Assembly: GCA_965214605.1 (NCBI GenBank) | Contig: OZ243961.1 | Span: 1,632,001 to 1,696,000, forward strand | DNA from: an uncultured Candidatus Binatia bacterium | GTDB taxonomy: Bacteria; Desulfobacterota; Binatia; Bin18 | DNA length: 64,000 nt | Direction: 5' to 3' | In this document: positions 31,644 through 41,640 of the stretch, piece by piece | Position numbering within the stretch: position 1 is the stretch's first letter | Layout: each line of letters opens with the position of its first letter | The notes under the pieces: generated by a model | What the model saw: only the letters and a program-made list of their open reading frames with translations | Database searches by the model: none | What the model was told of the DNA's origin: nothing | Position numbers and translations under genes: made by a program

Positions 31644-32510
31644 ATGCACCCGAAACTCCAGTCCCTCGACGAAGCGGCAGCCGGAGTGCGGCCGGGGTCC
31701 CTGCTCGGCATGACATCGGCCGTGCTCGACAACGCTCCCATGGCTTTTTTGCGAGCGCTGGTCAAACGCGGGGTCGACCGCCTTGGGCTTGTGACTCTGA
31801 CCGGCGGCGGACTCAACGCCGATCTGCTGATCGGTGCCGGAGTAGTGGACAGCTACGAAACCTGCTCCTGTACCCTCGGTCCCTACGGCCCGGCTCCCAA
31901 CTTCCAACGCGCCGTGCAGGCGGGCTTGATCAAAATGAAGGATAGTACTTGAGGGGTGCTGTACAGCATGGTCCAGGCTGGATCAATGGGGGTGCCCTTT
32001 GTTGCCGTGCGCGGTTTGCTCTACTCCGATATGCTGAAATATCGCCCTGATCTGCTCGTCCAGGATAATCCGTTCAATCCCGGCGAGCAGGTTGTCGTGG
32101 CCCAGCCGATCCGGCCCGATGTCGCCGTTTTCCACGCCCTGCAGGCCGACCGATGGGGCAATACAATTACGCCCGGTCCCCGGGACGATGTGATGCTGGC
32201 CCGCGCCGCTCGGCGGGTGATCGTCACCACCGAGACCGTGGTCGACACCCCGCTCAGCCCAGGGGATGCTCCCCGGGATACCTTCCTGCCCGCCATTGAT
32301 GTGGATGTCGTGGTTGAGGCGCCGCTGGGCGCCCACCCGTGCGGTCTAGGCCGGCTGTATGAACACGACCCGGACCACTGTCGGACCTATCTCATCGCGG
32401 CCCAACACCAAGAACGGTTTCGAGCCTATCTCGAACACTACATTTTTGGTATCATGAGCCATGATGGCTACCTCAGCCGGGCAGACGAGACGCTCCGGGG
32501 AAGAGCCTAG
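31644..32510 (+). CDS. CoA-transferase subunit A (GctA-like) with in-frame TGA at 31950-31952, probable selenocysteine
   Basis: ORFs 31551-31952 and 31956-32510 are in the same frame and join as ADLLIGAG..APNFQRAV..KDST*GVLYSMVQAGSMGVPF..RGL..SD; hairpin follows the TGA. Confidence 0.75.
31953..31999 (+). promoter_or_regulatory. Candidate bacterial SECIS element
   Basis: GGGTGC..CAT-GGTCCA-GGC-TGGATC-A-ATG..GTGCCC can fold into a stem-loop with a G-initiated apical loop 23 nt after the TGA (folded by eye). Confidence 0.5.
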
Positions 32511-32513
32511 CCC

Positions 32514-33242
32514 GTGTCGGCCTATACCCCACAAGAACTAATGGCCGTGCTCATCGCCCGTCAGGTTCGCGATGGAGAAACCGTAGCGGTTGGAGCGGTC
32601 TCACCCATCCCGGCTGCCGGCTGTGTGTTGGCCGAACAGACTCATGCGCCCGACATCACCCTGATTATTCTTGACTGTGAGGAGTACTATCCGTTCTCCG
32701 GCGGCAGCAGCGCGCTACACTTTCTGGCCCAGCGTGGAGAGTTAGACCTGTTTTTTCTCAGCGGGATACAGATCGACCAACACGCCAATGTGAATCTGCA
32801 CGTCATTGGCGATTACTCCACGCCTAGTCTCCGCCTGGCCGGGGCGTATGGCTCGGCCATGTTGTACTACATGGCCCGCCGCGTCATCCTGTTTCGGACC
32901 GAACATTCTCGGCGGAGTCTGGTTCACCACGTCGATTTTGTCACCAGCCCGGGCAGCACCCCGGCCTCGGTTCACCGCCAGGGCGGTCCGAGTCTGTTGA
33001 TTACGCCCAAGGCCGTGCTGGAGTGGCGGGCCGATGGCTGGGCGTGTCACAGCATTCACCCTGGCTACGGCGTCCAAGACCTCCGCGAAAACACCGGTTT
33101 TGACCTTGTCTTATCCCCTTCCCCACCAACCACCCCTCCCCCAAGCGAAGAGGAACTCTCGGTCCTGCGCACCGTTGTCCGGACCAAGCTCGCCCACAGC
33201 TACCCGGACTTTTTTGAGCAGAAAGTCCTGCTCGGGGGCTGA
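32514..33242 (+). CDS. CoA-transferase subunit B (GctB-like)
   Basis: DLFFLSGIQID..ANVNL, RLAGAYGS, EHSRRSLV..VDFVTSPG, ENTGFDL. Confidence 0.82.
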   Translation: MSAYTPQELMAVLIARQVRDGETVAVGAVSPIPAAGCVLAEQTHAPDITLIILDCEEYYPFSGGSSALHFLAQRGELDLFFLSGIQIDQHANVNLHVIGDYSTPSLRLAGAYGSAMLYYMARRVILFRTEHSRRSLVHHVDFVTSPGSTPASVHRQGGPSLLITPKAVLEWRADGWACHSIHPGYGVQDLRENTGFDLVLSPSPPTTPPPSEEELSVLRTVVRTKLAHSYPDFFEQKVLLGG

Positions 33243-33251
33243 GGGTTGACA

Positions 33252-34418
33252 ATGAACGTTAGCCATCTCGCATGTGCCGCCTGTCAGCGCCACCACCCGC
33301 CCAACCAGCTCTATAACCTGTGCCACACGTGTCATAAGCCGCTCCTGGTCCACTATCGGCTCGACCGTGTCGCCCGCGCCCTCGACAAACACAGCCTGGC
33401 CAGTCGTCCAGCCAACCTGTGGCGTTACCGAGAGGTGTTGCCGGTTGAACACGCGGCAAACATCATCAGCCTTGGAGAGGGCTGGACACCGCTCATCCAT
33501 GCCCACCACCTGGGGCGCCGACTCGGACTCTCTCAGCTCTATATCAAAGACGAGGCGCTCAACCCGACCGCCTCGTTCAAGGCCCGAGGCATGAGCGCCG
33601 CGGTGTCAATGGCCAAAGAGCTCGGGGTCAAAAAACTGGTCGCGCCCTCGGCCGGCAACGCGGCCAGCGCCTTAGCCGCCTATGCGGCCCGAGCCAAGCT
33701 GGAAGCCCACATCTTTATGCCGCGCGACGCGCCGGCAACCAATCGCATTGAGTGCCAATACTACGGAGCCCGGATCACTCTGGTTGACGGCCTGATTACC
33801 GATTGCGGCCGTATTGTGGCCGAACGCAAAGACCGGGAGGGCTGGTTTGATGTCTCAACGCTCAAAGAGCCATACCGCCTTGAGGGCAAAAAAACGATGG
33901 GCTACGAATTGGCCGAGCAGTTCGACTGGCAGTTGCCCGAGGTGATTGTGTATCCAACCGGAGGCGGAACCGGGCTCATCGGCATGTGGAAGGCGTTTGA
34001 CGAACTGGAACAACTGGGCTGGATCGGTTCCGCCCGGCCGCGCATGGTCAGCGTCCAGGCCGAGGGCTGCGCACCGATTGCCCAGGCCTGGGCGGCCGGC
34101 GCCCGGACCGGAGCGCACATCCCACAGCCCTACACCGTCGCCGCGGGGCTGCGCGTGCCCAAGGCCATCGGCGACTTTATCGTGCTTGACATTCTGCGGG
34201 ACAGCGGTGGTAGTGCGGTCAGCGTCAGCGACGCGGCGATCCTCGCCGCGGCCCAGGAGTTGAGCGCGGCGGAAGGCATTTTCCCCGCCCCTGAAGCGGC
34301 CGCCTGCATACCAGCCCTCCGCATCCTCCTTGAACGCGGCGCACTCACACCCGACGAGCGGGTGGTCATGTTTAACACCGGTTCGGGCCTGAAGTACACG
34401 GAGCTGTGGCGGGACTGA
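33252..34418 (+). CDS. thrC: Threonine synthase family PLP enzyme
   Basis: SLGEGWTPL, NPTASFKARG (PLP Lys), SAGNA, YPTGGGTG, FNTGSGLKY. Confidence 0.85.
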   Translation: MNVSHLACAACQRHHPPNQLYNLCHTCHKPLLVHYRLDRVARALDKHSLASRPANLWRYREVLPVEHAANIISLGEGWTPLIHAHHLGRRLGLSQLYIKDEALNPTASFKARGMSAAVSMAKELGVKKLVAPSAGNAASALAAYAARAKLEAHIFMPRDAPATNRIECQYYGARITLVDGLITDCGRIVAERKDREGWFDVSTLKEPYRLEGKKTMGYELAEQFDWQLPEVIVYPTGGGTGLIGMWKAFDELEQLGWIGSARPRMVSVQAEGCAPIAQAWAAGARTGAHIPQPYTVAAGLRVPKAIGDFIVLDILRDSGGSAVSVSDAAILAAAQELSAAEGIFPAPEAAACIPALRILLERGALTPDERVVMFNTGSGLKYTELWRD

Positions 34419-34771
34419 GCGCCCTGCCGGCGTGTGTGATGAAATCCTCAGTCGATGCGGGTCGGCAATCCGGCCGTGAACATTCCGGAGGCCGTGCTAG
34501 TCAAGCCTGGCGGTGTGGTAAAGCCGGGTCAGGGCCCTGCCCGTCTCAATTCCGAGGTCGCCTCGACCTCGGAGTCGACTTAGTATGACCCCGGTCGTAC
34601 TTAATCCCCCCACGTCGGTCTTCCTGCCGCTCATCCCATGTCCCGGAAGCCGAGGCCGGGGTTCGGCCCTACACACCGATCAGCGGCTCCCAGCCGGCTC
34701 CCAGGCAGACCGTCGATTGGGTCCTTGATGCGTCTGACGGTTCCTTCGGCGTCCGCTTCACCCTTCCTAAA

Positions 34772-34960
34772 ATGAAGGCAGGATACAACGGCAACGACAT
34801 CGTGGAGCGCAAGAACCACAAGCCGCAGCCGTGGCGGTGTCGCACTTGCCGCTACGATTTTTCCGTGAAAGTGGGCACGGTAATGCACAGTTCCAAGTTC
34901 CCGTTACGGGACTGGCTGGCGGCGCTGTGGATAGTCGCCAAACAGCCGAATGGACAATTT
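34772..34960 (+). mobile_element. IS1595-family transposase N-terminal remnant
   Basis: PWRCRTCRYDFSVKVGTVMHSSKFPLRDWLAAL zinc-ribbon region; truncated, no DDE domain. Confidence 0.7.
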
Positions 34961-34969
34961 CGGCCTCCA

Positions 34970-35321
34970 TTTCCTTTTTAAACAGCTCCGGCCGACCACT
35001 GCCAGTCATCGGAACTCGTCCTGGTAGTAGTCCATACATGCCCGTGAGAGAATTTTTCGAGCGCGCTTATGGATCTCGTCAAAGACGACTCGCAAAGGAC
35101 GGCCGGGGGCGCGGCTTTCTTTTGCCAGGAAAGCAGGGGCGGTGAGGAATTTTCCGCTGGTGGGGAAAGGATATCCCGATTGAGACAGGTCCCCTGTCCG
35201 AACCGGCATTGATCATGGCGGGGCCAAAGTCGTTTTTCCCACCTGAAGCGGCCCGCCGACAAAGGCCATTTTGTGGAAGTCAGGAATAATCGTTCAGACC
35301 GGGGACAGGACGCTCAACCAT
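34970..35321 (-). pseudogene. Decayed AAA_14/DUF4143-type ATPase 5' fragment
   Basis: Across frameshifts: MAFVGGPLQVGKTTLA (Walker A), VVFDEIHK (Walker B), MTGSGR.ELFKK; AGGAGG RBS before ATG 35321. Confidence 0.6.
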
Positions 35322-35405
35322 GCCCCTCCTTCTTAGACTGAAGTCAAAAAAGTCATGGCTTTCTTTCAGATAGACTCGAAAATGTACGTCATCCGGGGAC
35401 AGAGA

Positions 35406-37091
35406 TCACTGTTCCACATTGGCTCGCAACACCCGGCCCGCCAGCGGCCCGGTCTGCTCTCCCTCAGAGAACAGCACTTGACCGTTCAGGATAGTGTGGA
35501 TAATGCCGCTCGACTTTTCAATGTAGCGGAGTCCCCCGCCCGGAAAATCGTGGACTGCCTCCTGTTTGCCGCAGTTGACGGTGGCCGGGTCAAAGATCAC
35601 GATATCGGCGATATTGCCCGGCCGCAGGCTGCCCCGCAACGGCACGCCAAAGACGCCGGCCGGAACTGCGGTGAGCTTGTGGATGGCGTCTTCGAGCGAC
35701 AGCATCTGTTTGTCACGTACCAGCGTACCCAGCAGATAGGTCGAGTACCCAGCCTCGCAGCGCATGTCGGCATGGGCTCCGCCGTCAGACAGGCCGACCA
35801 GGGTATGCGGATGGGTCAGCATGTCGGGATTGACCTCACCAAACTCGTACAAGAACTGCATGTCCAGGTCGTCTTTGAGAGCCAGATCGAGAAACAGGTC
35901 AAGCGGGTCCTGTCCCCGCTCGGCACTCAGGCCGGCCAGGCTCTTGTCCAATAGGGCTTGCAGCTCCGGCCTGCCGACCGTAAACACGCTGACCTGCTCC
36001 CACTGTCCGGTAAAAAGACGCGGCTGTTTCAGCTCTTCTCGAAACGCGGCCCGAAAGGCGGGGTCGGCACACATGCGTTTCTGCTCGTGCAGGGGTTGGT
36101 CAAAGATCGGCTTCCAGCAGTCAAAATTACCAAAAATGAACGGCCGCCGGAGACTAAAGCGTGCGCTCTTGTAGTGACATGGAACCTGGCCCAAGGGCAG
36201 ATAGCCGCGGTCAAACAGCGGCACCACGCGGTGCAAGGCCGCTTTCCAGGCATCGGGCGCGGCTTCGGGTTTTTGCAGCACGCCGAGCCAGGTCACAGGG
36301 CGTTCACTGTGGCGCAGCAAAAAGGTCAGCAACTCATACTCGTCGTCCGACAGGCTGCCCGGACTGCGCGTCAGGGCAATCTCAATGCTGCCCCGGCCCA
36401 AGTCCTTGAGAATTCCGGACAGGGCGCTCAGCTCAGCGCGACTCGCTAGGCGACACGGCAGCGGCCGACCCTGAAAGCCCAAATGCTGGGGCAACACAGT
36501 GGTCGAAAAGCCAAACGCGCCAGCCTCCATGGCCGCCCGGAACAGGGCTTGTATCTGCTCGAGTTCGTCCCGATTGGCGGCCCGCTCCTTGCTCTCCTCG
36601 CCCAGCACGAATTGGCGCAGAGGCGAGAGCGGAACCATCATGCCGACATTCATGCCCAGCCCCTGGTCGCCAATCGCGTCTAGATACCCGCCAAAGGTCT
36701 GCCAGGTCCAGTTCACCCCGCGCCGCAGCACGTCAATCGACATGCCTTCGACATTGACTAGGTCGCCAACCAGGGCTTCGCGGTCGATCGGCTTACACGG
36801 GGCCAGCCCGACTCCGCAGTTGCCCATAATGATTGACGTCACCCCGTGCCACGACGAGCAGGTGGCCAGCGGGTCCCACAGAATCTGGGCGTCATAATGG
36901 GTGTGGTGGTCAATAAAACCGGGACAGACGACGAGGCCGGCGGCATCGATGACCCGGGTCGCCTCGGTTGGGGCGATATGGGGTTCAACCGCGCCAATCC
37001 GGTCGGCACGGACAGCAACGTCAGCCACCCGGCGGTTCCGGCCGGTCCCGTCAATGACTGTTCCGCCTTTGAGTAAAAGATCGTAGGACAT
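35406..37091 (-). CDS. N-acyl-D-amino-acid deacylase-like amidohydrolase
   Basis: PGFIDHHTHYD, GNCG, SDGGAH, ADIVIFDP. Confidence 0.88.
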   Translation of the reverse strand: MSYDLLLKGGTVIDGTGRNRRVADVAVRADRIGAVEPHIAPTEATRVIDAAGLVVCPGFIDHHTHYDAQILWDPLATCSSWHGVTSIIMGNCGVGLAPCKPIDREALVGDLVNVEGMSIDVLRRGVNWTWQTFGGYLDAIGDQGLGMNVGMMVPLSPLRQFVLGEESKERAANRDELEQIQALFRAAMEAGAFGFSTTVLPQHLGFQGRPLPCRLASRAELSALSGILKDLGRGSIEIALTRSPGSLSDDEYELLTFLLRHSERPVTWLGVLQKPEAAPDAWKAALHRVVPLFDRGYLPLGQVPCHYKSARFSLRRPFIFGNFDCWKPIFDQPLHEQKRMCADPAFRAAFREELKQPRLFTGQWEQVSVFTVGRPELQALLDKSLAGLSAERGQDPLDLFLDLALKDDLDMQFLYEFGEVNPDMLTHPHTLVGLSDGGAHADMRCEAGYSTYLLGTLVRDKQMLSLEDAIHKLTAVPAGVFGVPLRGSLRPGNIADIVIFDPATVNCGKQEAVHDFPGGGLRYIEKSSGIIHTILNGQVLFSEGEQTGPLAGRVLRANVEQ

Positions 37092-37122
37092 TGTTTATTC
37101 CTCTCCGGGCAGTGGACGCGCG

Positions 37123-37512
37123 TCATTTGTCCAAGACCGCAATCGCATCAATTTCAATTAGGGCATCGGGCCGCAGCAGCTCTTTGACCACAATACCGGT
37201 TGCGGCCGGAAAGCCGTTCTTGAAATACTCGCGGCGTACCTCGGCCGTGCCCTTGTAGCCCCGTTTGGTGGTGATGTAGTCAACCGTCTTAACAATATCA
37301 TCCATGCTGCCGCCGGCCTCGGCCATTAGAGCCGTAATTTTCTCAAAGATATGGCGAGTTTGGGCCACAATATCGCCCGGCCCAACAATATTGCCCCGAT
37401 CATCGGTTGCTGTCAGACCAGAGAGAAACAACAGATTGCCCTTGCGGACCGCCGGAGAAAAGGTATAGCGCTCGGTAAACGCCCAGGGGTCGATAACTTC
37501 GAGTTCTGGCAT
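37123..37512 (-). CDS. RidA/YjgF family protein
   Basis: FSPAVR.GNLLFLSG, PAAT, LIEIDAIAV. Confidence 0.88.
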   Translation of the reverse strand: MPELEVIDPWAFTERYTFSPAVRKGNLLFLSGLTATDDRGNIVGPGDIVAQTRHIFEKITALMAEAGGSMDDIVKTVDYITTKRGYKGTAEVRREYFKNGFPAATGIVVKELLRPDALIEIDAIAVLDK

Positions 37513-37574
37513 GACTCCGCCTTTCTGGCTTAGCCGGCCCGACCGCTTGCAGGGCCGGTTTTTCCGTGACCATC

Positions 37575-38735
37575 CTACAACCTAGGCGGTTTTTCAAGCG
37601 GGGAGACCTCAGCGGCCTGGGGTTCTGCCATAGAGTGAGGTCGGACACCTGGAAAGCCGTTGGCCAGATACAGAGTCGAGGTCGGAAAGGCGATCTCGGC
37701 CCCGTGATCTTCAATAATGGCGAGAATGCGCAGCAACACGTCTTGCTTGACCCGATGAAAGGTGGCCCAGTCAGTCGTTTTGGTAAAGGTATAGACAAAG
37801 AAGTCCAAGGACGATGGGGCAAAGGTGGTGAAATTGACCATCATCAGCGCCTGCGTTTCGATATCAGGATGGCTGCGCAGCATGTGTTCAACATCCGACA
37901 AAATATCCGCCATTTTATCGGCATCGTCGTAGCGAAGACCAATTGTCTCGTAGATACGACGATTGTGCATGCGGGACGGATTTTCGAGAGCGATGGTGGT
38001 GAAGAGCGCATTTGGGACATACAGCGGTCGTTTGTCAAAGGTCCGAATCAGGGTCAGCCGCCAGCCGATCCGTTCGACCGTTCCCTCAATGTCTCTGTCG
38101 GGTGAGCGAATCCAGTCGCCGACCGAAAACGGACGGTCGAGGTAGATCATCAGGCCACCAAAAAAGTTGGCCAGCAAATCCTTGGCCGCAAAACCGACCG
38201 CCAGGCCACCGATGCCGCCAAAGGCCAACACCCCCGAGACGCTAAGGCCCAGGGTCTGGAGCGTCACCAGGGTGGCTGCGACAAAGACGGACACCCGCAG
38301 GAGCTTGGCAATCGCGTCGAACGTGGCCCGGTCATACGGTTCGCCGGCCTCTTGGCTCTGGGCGATAAGATACTCCTCTAAGAGCGTGATCAGCCGAGCT
38401 AAAAACCAGGTAAAGGCGGCGATGATGCCGAGGTCCCGCAGGGGGACAAGGATTTCGGCCAGAGCGGTGTTGGTGAGACTCACATCGAGTGCAAACCCCA
38501 GGCCGACCACCCATATGATTAGACTGAACGGCCTGCGCAGCGCTTGAACAACCGCATTGTCCCAAGGCGCCGATGTTTTTTCGAGTCGCGCCTGCAGGTG
38601 GCTCAGCACGAGGCGCTGGATGAAATCGACGAGCCCGGTCAGGACGACGAGCAGCAGCCCCGCCTGCCAGGAGTCCATCCCGTTCGCCTCGGACAGGACT
38701 TGGGCCGAGTCCCACAGCTGGGTCAGAGTGTTCAT
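37575..38735 (-). CDS. Small-conductance mechanosensitive channel (YnaI-like)
   Basis: GGIGGLAVGFAAKDLLANFFGG, DRPFSVGDWI, IAFPT. Confidence 0.9.
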   Translation of the reverse strand: MNTLTQLWDSAQVLSEANGMDSWQAGLLLVVLTGLVDFIQRLVLSHLQARLEKTSAPWDNAVVQALRRPFSLIIWVVGLGFALDVSLTNTALAEILVPLRDLGIIAAFTWFLARLITLLEEYLIAQSQEAGEPYDRATFDAIAKLLRVSVFVAATLVTLQTLGLSVSGVLAFGGIGGLAVGFAAKDLLANFFGGLMIYLDRPFSVGDWIRSPDRDIEGTVERIGWRLTLIRTFDKRPLYVPNALFTTIALENPSRMHNRRIYETIGLRYDDADKMADILSDVEHMLRSHPDIETQALMMVNFTTFAPSSLDFFVYTFTKTTDWATFHRVKQDVLLRILAIIEDHGAEIAFPTSTLYLANGFPGVRPHSMAEPQAAEVSPLEKPPRL

Positions 38736-38769
38736 GGCGTCATAAGCACTATTCGCAGGTCCCCCCCAA

Positions 38770-39852
38770 TTATCGCAGCAGCGGTATGACCTGCTGACTA
38801 AAGCGCTGCAGCATCTCGGCGTCCTGTTGGTACGGAAACATGGCGATAAAATAGTCAAACCCGAGCTGCCGAAATCCGTGCAGGGTTTCGGCTATCTGCT
38901 CAGGCGTGCCTGCGGTGCGTATCTTGCGGCCGGCTCTAATGATGTCGGCCGTGCCCAGGGCTTTTTCCAGCTCCGCCCCTCGGGTTCTGAGTTCCGCCTC
39001 GGTGTCGACCACACAACACAGGAGGAACAGAGATTTTTCAATCGCGGCATAGTCTCGCCCGACCGCATCACAGTGACGGCGGAGGACGTCGAGCTTTTTA
39101 CGCATCGCCTCAACCGGCACCCCAGGCATGGCATTCCAGCCGTCGGCGTGACGCGCGACCATGCGCAGCAGCTTTTTCTCACCCATACCGCCAATCCAGG
39201 TCTTGAGCGGCTGCTGGACCGGCTTGGGCGCACACACTGCCCGATCAAGCTGATAGTATTTGCCCTGAAATGACGAACGTTGCTGGGTCCATAACATTTT
39301 CATGAGCTGGACGGCTTCTTCGAGCTGGGCTAGTCGGGTCCCAATTGGCGGAAACGGAATGCCGTAGGCTCTATACTCCATCTCCTTCCAGCCCGCGCCA
39401 ATACCAAACTCCAGGCGGCCGTTGCTCAGATGGTCGAAACTGGCCGCGACCTTGGCCAGCACACTTGGCAGGCGGTAGGAGTTGCAGGTAACCAAGGTGC
39501 CTAAACGCAAACGGCGAGTAACGGGGGCCAGGGCGGTCAGCAGGGTCCAGGCGTCCATACAGTTACGCTGTTCGGACTGCGCGTCCCAAAACAGATGGTC
39601 GGACACCCACATGGCGTCAAAACCAAGCCGCTCGGCGTCTTTGGCCAAGCCCGCAACCTCGTCGTACGAGAATCCAAACTGCGGTTCGATCTGAATCCCA
39701 AAGCGTGCCATAGACCGATCCTTTCTTGTTTGCCGTGCCTGCGTGTGGCCGGTCGGCCAGCCGGACGCGGTAAGCGCAGCGGCGCCCAGGCCGCCGAGAA
39801 ACCGGCGACGGCTGAAGGGCTGGCCGCGGTCATGTTTTTTGTCGGCACTCAT
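38770..39852 (-). CDS. LLM-class F420-dependent oxidoreductase, possibly with a Tat leader (alternative start 39711)
   Basis: WVSDHL, LGTLVTCNSYR.PSVLAK, GIGAGW; N-terminal SRRRFLGGLGAAAL. Confidence 0.82.
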   Translation of the reverse strand: MSADKKHDRGQPFSRRRFLGGLGAAALTASGWPTGHTQARQTRKDRSMARFGIQIEPQFGFSYDEVAGLAKDAERLGFDAMWVSDHLFWDAQSEQRNCMDAWTLLTALAPVTRRLRLGTLVTCNSYRLPSVLAKVAASFDHLSNGRLEFGIGAGWKEMEYRAYGIPFPPIGTRLAQLEEAVQLMKMLWTQQRSSFQGKYYQLDRAVCAPKPVQQPLKTWIGGMGEKKLLRMVARHADGWNAMPGVPVEAMRKKLDVLRRHCDAVGRDYAAIEKSLFLLCCVVDTEAELRTRGAELEKALGTADIIRAGRKIRTAGTPEQIAETLHGFRQLGFDYFIAMFPYQQDAEMLQRFSQQVIPLLR

Positions 39853-39957
39853 CCCGGGCTGGCATTATAGCCTATTTCCCAGCCCTTCTCAGCATCCTTG
39901 TTGACCGAGCTCCAAATGCGTATAGTGCTGCAATACTTCAGTGTTACGGATACCGGC

Positions 39958-41640
39958 ATGGAAAAAGACAGCCGTCGTAGACGCCACCGGGGGGCCGGCG
40001 CCAGAGCCAAAGGCCGAGCAGTCGATCCCCAGGCTTTGGCCCAGGTCCAAAGCCTGCTCGGCGATGAACCCCGACGGCGCGATCTGCTGATTGAGCATCT
40101 CCATAAAATTCAGGACCACTATGGCCATCTGTCCGCGGCCCATCTCGTCGCCTTGGCCGCCGAGATGAAGCTGGCGCCGGTCGAGGTCTACGAGGTCGCC
40201 AGCTTTTATCATCACTTCGATGTAGTCAAAGAAAACGAGACGCCGCCACCGGCCTTGACCGTCCGGGTGTGTGATTCGGTCAGCTGTGAGCTGGCCGGTG
40301 CGCAAACGCTGATGACATCCTTGCAACACGCCCTTGGCGGGACCGTCCGGGTGCAGCGGGTGCCGTGTGTTGGCCGGTGTGACACTGCCCCGGCCGTTAT
40401 TGTCGGTCAGAATCCGGTCGCTCAGGCCACTCTGGACAAGGTGCAGCAGGCCGTCGCTCAAAGGGCTACGTCCTGCCCTGCCCCGGCGACGGTCATCAAT
40501 TACCAGGCGTATAAGAAAGACGGCGGTTACCGGCTCTTGCAAGCCTGTGTGCAGGACGAGCGTGAGGTCGACTCTGTGCTCCAAGCCCTGGAAGACGCCG
40601 GGCTGCGCGGCCTCGGCGGGGCGGGTTTTCCGGCCGGCCGCAAGTGGCGCATTGTCCGCAGCTACCCCGCCCCCCGGCTGTTGGCTGTCAATATTGACGA
40701 GGGCGAACCGGGCACGTTTAAGGATCGCTACTATATGGAACGTGACCCGCACCGCTTTTTGGAAGGGATGCTGGTTGCCTGCTGGGCGGTCGGCATTGAG
40801 GAAGTCTACATTTACATCCGCGACGAATACCCGGCCTGCATCCAGGTCATCAAGGACAGCATCGCCGCCCTGCGGGCCGACCCGCCCGTCCCCCTGCCCC
40901 GGATTCATGTGCGACGCGGAGCAGGAGCCTACATCTGCGGTGAAGAGTCGGGCATGATCGAATCCATTGAGGGGAAGCGCGGCATGCCACGGCTGCGGCC
41001 ACCGTACGTGGCCGAGGTCGGGCTCTTTGGACGACCGACCTTGGAACATAATTTCGAGACGCTGTTTTGGGTGCGTGAGATCATCGAAAAAGGGCCGACC
41101 TGGTTTGCCGGCCAGGGTCGTAACGGCCGCAAGGGGCTACGTTCCTTCTCGGTCAGCGGCCGGGTCAGCAAACCCGGTGTTCACCTAGCACCGGCCGGCA
41201 TCACCCTGCGCGAGCTGATCGCCGACTATTGCGGCGGTATGCTGCCCGGCCATGAGTTGTACGGCTATTTCCCCGGCGGGGCCTCGGGCGGTATGCTGCC
41301 GGCCTCGCTGGCCGACGAACCCCTCGATTTCGACACCCTCCAGCCCCACGGCTGCTTTATCGGGTCGGCCGCAATTATCGTCCTGTCGGATAAAGACAGT
41401 GCCAAAGCCGCAGCCCTCAACGCGATGCGTTTCTTTTCCCACGAGTCGTGCGGCAAGTGTACGCCCTGCCGGGTCGGCACGGCAAAAGCGACCAGACTGA
41501 TGGAGCAGGACAGCTGGGACACCGATCTGCTCGAAGCACTCGCCCGGGTGATGGGCGATGCGTCTATCTGCGGGCTGGGCCAGGCCGCCCCTAACCCCCT
41601 GCGGAGCGTGATCAAATACTTTCCCCAGGAGCTTTCCTAA
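39958..41640 (+). CDS. Formate dehydrogenase beta/diaphorase subunit (NuoE-like plus NuoF-like fusion)
   Basis: 2Fe-2S cysteines (CDSVSC, CVGRC), GLGGAGFP, DEGEPGTFKDR, YICGEE, CGKCTPCR. Confidence 0.88.
   Translation: MEKDSRRRRHRGAGARAKGRAVDPQALAQVQSLLGDEPRRRDLLIEHLHKIQDHYGHLSAAHLVALAAEMKLAPVEVYEVASFYHHFDVVKENETPPPALTVRVCDSVSCELAGAQTLMTSLQHALGGTVRVQRVPCVGRCDTAPAVIVGQNPVAQATLDKVQQAVAQRATSCPAPATVINYQAYKKDGGYRLLQACVQDEREVDSVLQALEDAGLRGLGGAGFPAGRKWRIVRSYPAPRLLAVNIDEGEPGTFKDRYYMERDPHRFLEGMLVACWAVGIEEVYIYIRDEYPACIQVIKDSIAALRADPPVPLPRIHVRRGAGAYICGEESGMIESIEGKRGMPRLRPPYVAEVGLFGRPTLEHNFETLFWVREIIEKGPTWFAGQGRNGRKGLRSFSVSGRVSKPGVHLAPAGITLRELIADYCGGMLPGHELYGYFPGGASGGMLPASLADEPLDFDTLQPHGCFIGSAAIIVLSDKDSAKAAALNAMRFFSHESCGKCTPCRVGTAKATRLMEQDSWDTDLLEALARVMGDASICGLGQAAPNPLRSVIKYFPQELS

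Noticed and set aside
39889-41049. Long antisense ORFs (also 6349-7458, 18248-19252, 29189-30151)
   Set aside because: They are shadows of well-supported genes on the other strand, as expected in GC-rich DNA.
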